Below are positions 35,051 to 64,000 of a DNA stretch of 64,000 nt, piece by piece. Under the pieces are notes generated by a model. It had not been told where the DNA came from and ran no database searches. It saw nothing but the letters and a program-made list of their open reading frames with translations. Both the position numbers and the translations under genes were made by a program. Source of the DNA: Phoronis australis (Eukaryota > Animalia > Phoronida); NCBI GenBank assembly GCA_002633005.1, contig NMRA01000179.1, positions 152,252-216,251 on the forward strand. Reading direction: 5' to 3'. The stretch's first letter is position 1. Every line of letters begins with the position of its first letter.

Positions 35051-35685
35051 TCAACAGTGAAGTTAAAACAATCAGCAATGAACGTTCGCCAATTTTCTAC
35101 ACCGACATGTGCCTGTAAGCCATTCACATAGGAAACCACGTAAGCACTCCGGCATTTCCGTCAGAAAAATAACGTAGAAAATAAATCTGAAACTAAATAA
35201 GGCGATCCAGATCTTCCCAAGGATACTATTGTTTCATGAAATGTAGAATATAAATCGGTAAATAAAACAACAAGAATGGATCAACTGAAATTTGAAATTT
35301 TCGGAAGTTATAACATCCGAAAATTTCAAATTTCAGTTGATCCATTCTTGTTGTTTTATTTACCGTCAGAAAAAGACATGAAAATGCAATGAAAGTGTAA
35401 CAATTAGACAACTGAATGGAAACGAAACATTTCCAGCACAACGTCTATACAATACGTGAAATGGCTTCCTTTCAACACATCAAACAGTGGGTTACAGTTA
35501 CAGCGTTCCAGAAACTCAAGAGTATATTTTTCAGGAGAGCCGGCTGTTCAGCGTGTAAAACATGGATGCGTTCAGTAGACCCCGAAACATAAGTTAAAAC
35601 TTTTAGCGAAAAATCTTCGATTACGCCCACAATCCAACAATTTTGCAAGGATAGGTTGGTCAGCTTCCGAGTACACATGTTCATG

Positions 35686-35710
35686 TATAGTATAGTATAG
35701 TATAGTATAG
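35686..35710. repeat. (TATAG)5 microsatellite
   Basis: Read directly from the sequence. Confidence 0.9.
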
Positions 35711-37875
35711 TGTGATTTTGCAAAGTTCCTAAGTCAGTGTGTTTATTTCGCAAGCAAGAAACCTGAATGGAGTTTCGTAGAACACAAGAATCTCGCTCGA
35801 AGCCAAATTATGCGACTACGCGCTTCGCTTGCAATACATGACGATATTTTTGCGACGTCTTGCATTTCTCGCGAGAAACTAGGTCCACAGAACGCTATCC
35901 TGGTAAACATAAAGGAGCTAGGAAACCCAAACAAAACCTACACCTAAGTGGAAACGAAATCGCTGGCGTAAAGAGAAATGTTGGAAAAGTTTCGGGATAT
36001 AAAAGCTGCAATAGTATTCCAAAACCTACTTATAGTAAATGCTCTTGAGCACAATATTGCTCAAAAGGATTGCACTCAAGCTGCGTCTTTAGACAAACAC
36101 TGAGATTCACAACATATCGCATACCACGAACTACTTTCCTGGAACCCCTTCAGACCTCTAGCTGAAAAGCAGAAGTGAGCATGACTCAAAAACTGGTTTT
36201 ACGTCGGGCTCCAGTATACAGCTTATTAGCCCAAACAGAAATGTCAAACTAAAAATGGGAACAAACTAGGAAAGCGGTAGTCAGTCTGTCCGTTGAGGCA
36301 ATCACTGAACCATCTTCATTTGGTCATCATTTTACACTTAACAATCTGAAGCCAAACGTTTCCCACCTCAAACACGAACTGTAACAACGGTTTTAAAAAG
36401 AAGTCGTTGCATGGGACATTAAAATTCCATTTCGCCTTGCTTAGTTGTCTAAAAATGAAAATCCAATTAGGCTTCAACTCTCATAAAATTCCCGTGATAT
36501 GATTCTATCTTTTCACTTCACAGACAAAGGCGTACATGCGCCATATACGAATCAACAATTTTACGGTTGGCTAACTCCAATAAACTCGGGTGCATCTGAC
36601 GATCTTGCAGGTTAGGAAATAAAACATATTAGGAAAAGGAATATTAGACCTTATTTTATGAGAGTAAAAGGAACAATTCGCTTTTGGCTTTTCATCCAAC
36701 TAAACATGAAATGCAACTTTAAGATTACAAATGTTTCAGAATTAAGCTTTCATTGGGTTAAAGAGCAATTTACATTGTTTTTGGCTCCAGATTCAAAAGG
36801 TTTTGAGGAAGAGGCACATGGTTGCACACCATGCGTGGATGTATATTTCCAGTGTGAATGGACGGACGAAGCATCTCAAACCGTAACCCCTTGTACAGGT
36901 CAAGAAAGAACTTTGAACTGCCGAGGCAGCACGTACACATTATCAGTCACATTATCTCCCAACTGCCTCCCTGGGTATCCAAGGTAACAAACACGACTTT
37001 CTCCTTCAAGAAGAGCATGGGTATTCTAAGCAACTATGTTCTTTTCTCATGAACAATTCTTTTCCCACAGTCTTTTTCTCATGCACCACATATTTTATTC
37101 AAACACATTTACATGAACCATAGCTCTTCCGCCAAACTACAGCTCGCTAGATAAGGACACGGCTGATGAGAACAGAGCAATGGTAAAATGGGTTTCAACA
37201 AGAGACGGTTGTAGTTGGAACTAAAGAATGGTGTCAGCAAAACGCCAGTGAAGGAGAAAGGCCATCAACCTTGGTCAGCACTGCTAAGACAAAGAAGTGC
37301 AGAACACAATTATACCAGACAACATTAAAACCAGCCTTGAGCTCTTCAGAAACTGTAGAGAACATTTAGGTGTCACATCCCGTAGTCCTAGCGCGACAAC
37401 CTGCAGGCAACACACATGACAAAAACTTGCTTTATTCCTTTAACTTCTTTATAAATATTGCTCCAAAACAGGTCCCTTGATGTAAATTGGCCATGTTTTT
37501 AAGATTCATATGAAATGTAACATGCACAAACTGTTAACCAGACAATCCCGTTACCACACCAAAATTGCGTTTTCTTACCAAAAATAATAAAAATCAAATA
37601 CATTATTTTGCAGGTAATTTCTCAGAATATTGCAACAGAAAAGTTTCAAGAGTAGACCTCAGTTAACCAGGCATTAGGGTATGCCTATATTAGACAACTG
37701 GTTTAACTGTCAAGAGCTATGAGACAAGTCACAGCATAGTCTCTGAGGAGGTCACCAGACATCAGCCGACCATACACTTTTGGAAACTAACAACTTTTAA
37801 ACAGCTAATTAATTCAATTATCAAAGATTGAAATCTTTTTCCGCTGAATAATTTATTTGCAATAATGCCACTCTC

Positions 37876-37931
37876 ATGGGGGCTGGGGTGGGGCTATAGC
37901 CCCCACTTTTTTCAGTGCTGCGCTGCCCATG
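37876..37931 (-). repeat. Fragment of the 6228-6386 MITE family in the putative SIK 3'UTR
   Basis: The revcomp catgggcagcgcagcactgaaaaaagtgggggctatagcccc matches 6228-6250 and 6318-6360. Confidence 0.6.
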
Positions 37932-38442
37932 ACTCTTCCGACTGCAGAATCAGCCCCCCCCCCAAACATAAGTGTTTTGCACCTTATCACAAAAGAACAG
38001 CTGAGAAGGAACATAAAATTTACAAATGGACGACTGTACAAGCACTACACAACAGTTCTAACAGATATTTACAAGACATTCATGTCCTACTGCAGCAGTT
38101 TTCAAAATAAACTGAACAACGTCGGATACTTTGGTCTCAAATCCATTTCAATTCTGGCTAAATCTCAACAAGTATTGTTGCACGCACTTTGTTGAAATCA
38201 CCCACAACTTAGGATGCAAGTCCATTCATATGTAAACAACAAGCTGCACAGCCCCATAAAATCACATTAAACTCTGACCAAATTTCGACAAAAACTTTTA
38301 TTTTGTCATAAAACTCAACTAAGCTGCCAAATTAACCTGCCACAAAGTTCCATCATAGTTTGACGCAGCATGACAGAGTTCTGTCCACTTTACTTTGAAA
38401 ACTACTGCGTAAGTAAACAGTGACCAATATAACTTAACTCAA

Positions 38443-38654
38443 CACCAGGATTCACATACTCTTGGCTGCTACAGTGCTAAGCGGTTCACTTGAACCACCA
38501 GGATTCACATACTCTTGGCTGCTACAGCGCTAAGCGGTTCACTTGAACCACCAGGATTCACATACTCTTGCCTGCTACAGTGCTAAGCGGTTCACTGGAA
38601 CCACCAGGATTCACATACTCTTGGCTGCTACAGCGCTAAGCGGTTCACTGGAAC
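38443..38654. repeat. 53-bp tandem repeat, 4 near-identical copies
   Basis: The unit caccaggattcacatactcttggctgctacagYgctaagcggttcactKgaac starts at 38443, 38496, 38549 and 38602. Confidence 0.97.
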
Positions 38655-38980
38655 CTGCAATGAGACACCGCAGGCTAAACACCATTGAAAAATAAATGTT
38701 CCAATTCAATCTTGGCAGCACCATATGTATTGAGATATCTTTTCACACCCCACTTCCAATTCACCGCGGGATGCGGGACGGCGAGGGGTAGGACGTTAGG
38801 TTACATCCCGAGCGCAGTCGTCGACATGTTCTCTCTACAGACAACATCAAATGGCTGACAAATACTTGTACGCCTGCCAGCAAGTACGTAGGATGCAAGA
38901 CCAGAATCCATTCGACTCCACGGATAATCAGATATTCCCCAACATGTTAGTCAGTATCACAGGAACTTACTCGTTGCACC

Positions 38981-59500
<20,520 letters not shown>

Positions 59501-61696
59501 TCACAGTTTCATGAAATAGAGTAGAGTAACGCCCCTTTCCTATTTATCCTACCATTTCAAATTTGGAAACATTTGGAATGAGGCGACTCCTGTATTTAGT
59601 TCAATGAAAACGCAATCATTGAAAATAGTTAATAAATTTACATCAACTTCATGCTATAAGCAGCCAAAGACAACATATTGCCAAGTTCCATCAACACAAA
59701 CTAGAAGCCTAAATAACACCATAACTGCAATAGTTCTCACAAGCAGAAGGTGTTATTGTCTTCTCAAACATCAGTGAAATTTCAGAGCAAAAATATCACC
59801 CTAATCATCAAATTTGTTGACTTGTTCAAAACTACAGCATCACTGTGTTAGAGAGTAATGACACACGTTTAATGGACTAATTACGTGAGCCACTCAGATG
59901 CGTTAATTGGTAACAGGGATGACAAACAGCCCAGTGACCAAACCTTTAAATGTCCAGGTATGCAATGTCCAGAGATTGGTCAGTTTCTGATACAGGGCCC
60001 AAGCATAGTGTTTACAAGGGCCAAGACAACTCAACCACTTACTAAAAACATGTTCATATTCATCTATGCCCAAGATTTCTAGCAGTTCATTTTGTATCAT
60101 AATGCGAACTGTTTCATCAGGAGAGCATTTTTCAAAACAGCAACATAAAGGGCAGACGATTATGAAGAACTGTACCAAAATTCCAGCGGCAACTATTCAG
60201 TCATTTAGAATGAAAGTTAGTTTAATCTGAGCATATGATTTCTGCACAACCGTGTGCCGTGCATGAAAGAAATATTCAAAAGTAAAACATCGTGGTAAAC
60301 ATACGAGTCCAGGGGAACTATTCCATCAACTGAACAGGACAAAACATGAGATGGATTTAGGATTATATCTGAGAAGTCAACAAAAACATCACCACATAAA
60401 TGTGGAGCCCAATTAAATATTATGTCAATGGTTCAATGCAAGGTTTAGGACAGACTAAACAATAATCACCCTTGGTAACCCAAAATATTTCCACATTTTT
60501 AGGAGACGCAGCTGACCTAATTTCTGTACTAAGAAAACACAAAGTCACATGTGAATCAACTACCAGTCAAATAAACTCAATTTGACTAATATTTACTGAT
60601 AATTTACCTCCTGACATTTACGTACTAAGCACCTGAACAGTTCATTGGGTGATCAATCACTATCGATTTCATTGGGGCTGATAGCACTATATTTAGTAAC
60701 TTCCAAACAGAACAAAACATAGGCAAATAAAAGCTGTACAAAGAGATATTGGAAACTGAGATGCTATCTATGAAAGGATTGGTAGGTGTGATTGAAAATC
60801 AATTGGGCCAATACTATACTTAGTAACATGTGATGTAACCCATTAATTGCATGGAGCACTGATCTTGATACTTAATGGGTGCATACACAATGACTTCAAC
60901 ATGGAGGGTGTGTCCATAACTGATTTAACAACAACCCGTTTTCCAGGAACATTCCACAAATATTATTAACTACATAATTTGGTATCAACTATGGATAGTG
61001 GTTTGAATTAATTTTCCAAAATTAAACTACAAGTGCCGGGGATTTCTGTAAGAGCCCCAAACCAACTAAAGGCCCCGATGGACAGTAGACACTCATTTGA
61101 AAACGGTGTTCAAAAAGCACATGGAAGCTATTTCACGAAAATTTTGCATGTAGGTATAAACAATGCACACAAGAGATACTGATTTCTCAATCCTTGGAGT
61201 TCTAAAGCTGATACTGAAACCTGTCTCTTACAGCACCAATGAAAGTGCATGTTGATGTCTGACACAGCAGACTGACACAAGCCTCCAAACCTTTCACTTA
61301 ACAGATTTTTGGAACAGCAACCCTTCCGTAAAATGAGAGTTTAAAAAGGCCCTTTTTCGGAAATGCCCGCACAAGAAATTTATTACAAAATTAAAGCAAA
61401 GGACAGAGTGAAAACCACAAAATGAATGGAAGGGTCACACTTCCAAATACGCACTACATAGGCGTATTTTCATCAGCTTCATTTTTACATTTTTGTAAGC
61501 AATATGGCTAAAAACAGGCCAGAAAGAATTTTTTGATGAAATATTGTCCTTTGAAGATTTAATATTGTGAAACAGACAACATTCCTATGGCCTCCACCTG
61601 AAATCAGCAAAAACTTACAATTTCTAAATTTAACTGCCACATTTTACCAGACCTGTTTAGTCATGAATGTTCTCACTAACACCTAATTACATTATA

Positions 61697-61930
61697 CAGG
61701 GCTTGGAATAACCAATGACAAGGAAGAGGAAAATTTTTCAAATAAATACTAGGTTTGTGTGACGGAAGTTTTTTTGTATTGGAAAATTTAAGTGAAATTT
61801 TTTTTTGCATGCATCAGGCCAAAATAATGACAAAAAAGCGGCGGAAAAAGAGAAAACTGGAAATCAAATAAGAGGAGATCAAAACGAAAAAAGAGGAAAT
61901 CCTCTTAAAAGAGGAAAATTCCAAGCCCTG
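61697..61930. mobile_element. hAT-like MITE, 234 bp, with a 6-bp TSD
   Basis: Perfect 12-bp TIR cagggcttggaa / ttccaagccctg, a flanking direct repeat attata (61691-61696 and 61931-61936), and subterminal aagaggaaa repeats. Confidence 0.75.
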
Positions 61931-64000
61931 ATTATAATTTGAAAGAACAGTCAACATTATAAGACAGGATTTGCAAAATACTAGTCCAAAACCTCTGAAG
62001 ATACACTTGACATACTACCACAGCACATACCAAGGAATCTGTTCAAAAGAGTTCACAAACTCGGCTAGAGAGCAACAACATCCAAATCACAATTGGAAAA
62101 AATATTAACTTCCAAATTATTAACAAAATCTGGAAATCTCCACGGATGAACTCTGGCCAACCTTCAAAACATGTCAAGTTCAATTAAAGAGGTGCTTCTT
62201 GGCAAAAGAAGTTCCAAATACCAATGGGGTACATAAAATAAACACTACCCATTCATAATAACATCAATGCACTGAGGCATTTCATAAGTTTCCAGGAGAT
62301 AGTAAAAAATAGCTTTTTATCTATATATGCCTCAATATGAACAGAGACTAAACCTTAACAGAACTGACTGAAACACAGGATTGCAAGCTGTAACCATGAA
62401 AACAGTTCATAAATAAAGGACCCATGTCACCTGAATAGGTCATCACACAGACTAACCCTACAACTAAGGGGTGTAGGCTTGGCTGCCCACTCTAATATGG
62501 CCGGAGTCCTCTAGCGATTACTAAGGGAAGGATAAAACCTTTTACACTCCTCAACAGGACTCAATCCAATGCTTTGCACGTGAGTTGCCACAACAGCTTA
62601 ACCCCAGTAGTTTTAAAAACTTTTACATCAACTGCAATTCCCCAAAGCAAGATAGCAGAGTTGCTGTCAGTACCGAAGGAAATCCGAAATGTGTGTCATT
62701 GTGCAGAAGGATACCTTTCCATAGAGAACCTGGCTGTCCACTTTCAAAAACAGAGAAATAACATTAAACACGAAATACTGTTCATTTCCTTTTGGAAGTT
62801 ACCAAATTTCATTTTCTTATTCCAAAGTGATAGATAACAAAAAATGAACGGATGAAGAATGTTGCATGCCATGTTTATTGTTTCTCAGAACAGGAAAGTG
62901 AACAATGCCAACTGAATATGTTAAATTTGATGAACTTTTCTTTAATTTGGTAATTAAAAACTCAAAAATAGCAAAATTACGACAATGGCTACAGAAATTA
63001 TGTTCGAAATGTCCAATTCCGTGAAAAAAAATCAGATTACATGAATCCCATACTTGTTTTCCATTGAAACACTGAGTTGATTTCAATGCTACCAAACAGA
63101 AGCTCCTGTTAATAAACAAGGGCAAACCTAAAAGTTGTGAGCCGAGTAGTCCTCCTCTAGTGAACTACAGCCCAGCTTATAACTCCACGCAGGTTGGGTT
63201 ACCCACACACATCAAGAAAATTACTTAGCTTTATTACGTTACTAGTAGTGGAGAAAGAACAGTTCACCATTCTAAATCCATAATGTATAAGGCCCTTAGA
63301 ACTACAATTAACATCCTGTTAACACCTTCTCACTATGGGAAACCTGTCCACAACTGGGCAAAAATATGGGACTTCTCCCCCCCCACAAGATGTAGCAGTA
63401 AAAATAGTCCAATTACAAGTACAGAGAAAACAAAAATAACATTTTCATGACGCAAGCCCCACCAGATGACAATAACATCACTGAATGGCAGTCAATCAGA
63501 AAACAATCACCAACAGGCAAACATCATTTTAAGGTCACTGTAGTTCCACAAGTCTTAACAGGTCACGGGGTCAAGGACCTATTTCAATAAAAAGCCATTA
63601 TACACTTGGAACCCAAAACAGTCTTACAACCAGTAGTAAGTATTGGATATGTCTTCCTTCAGACATTTCAGAGAAACTGGCCTGAAGTGATATGGTAACT
63701 TCAAAGAAAGATAAAAGTTGGATATGCAGCAGATAATTGGATCAACCCTCAGCAACACACAGTTCAGGAAACTGGTGACTGAGCCATATATAATCTGTGG
63801 CCAAAGGTAAATCAACCTCCATTGTCCCAAATGTTTGTCCGGGAAATTCTTAGGTTGCCAAACGAGAGCCAAAAAAGGAAACAAACAAGACGCCCAACGT
63901 GCAAAACGACAAACTAGGCAATTGTCCGCCAGCAAACATGTTTTTTGATTGAACACAAAAAATTAGTGGTGTCTTGCATTCTTGGTGAAGGACTATTTTT

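Noticed and set aside
38443-38654. Regular repeats that could suggest a CRISPR array
   Set aside because: The units are contiguous with no unique spacers, there are no cas genes, and the context is eukaryotic.

Overview
Animal (invertebrate, probably marine, lophotrochozoan-like) genomic DNA with spliceosomal introns; there are no prokaryotic features. The right half (about 35.0-64.0 kb, minus strand) is a salt-inducible kinase (SIK1/2-type) gene. Seven coding exons can be assembled in frame; the first coding exon (Gly-rich loop) was not found and probably lies beyond the window. It probably has a 3'UTR intron, a 53-bp tandem repeat and a long 3'UTR. The middle holds two paralogous intronless LRR-Ig-TM receptor genes with no TIR domain (18914-21631 and 29974-32313/32379). 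The left half is dense in non-autonomous mobile DNA. One family (4 copies) has a ~165-bp terminal hairpin seen in flip and flop forms, an internal tRNA-like Pol III cassette and recombinase-like core sites, and two copies join tail-to-tail into a 1.6-kb palindrome. Also present are a three-tier nest (HINE/Helentron-like inside HINE-like, with a LINE 3' end inside that), an AcademH-like RecQ-fragment element and several MITEs. The octamer TACATGTA is strongly enriched, and in two paralog comparisons it behaves like a Tc1/mariner excision footprint.
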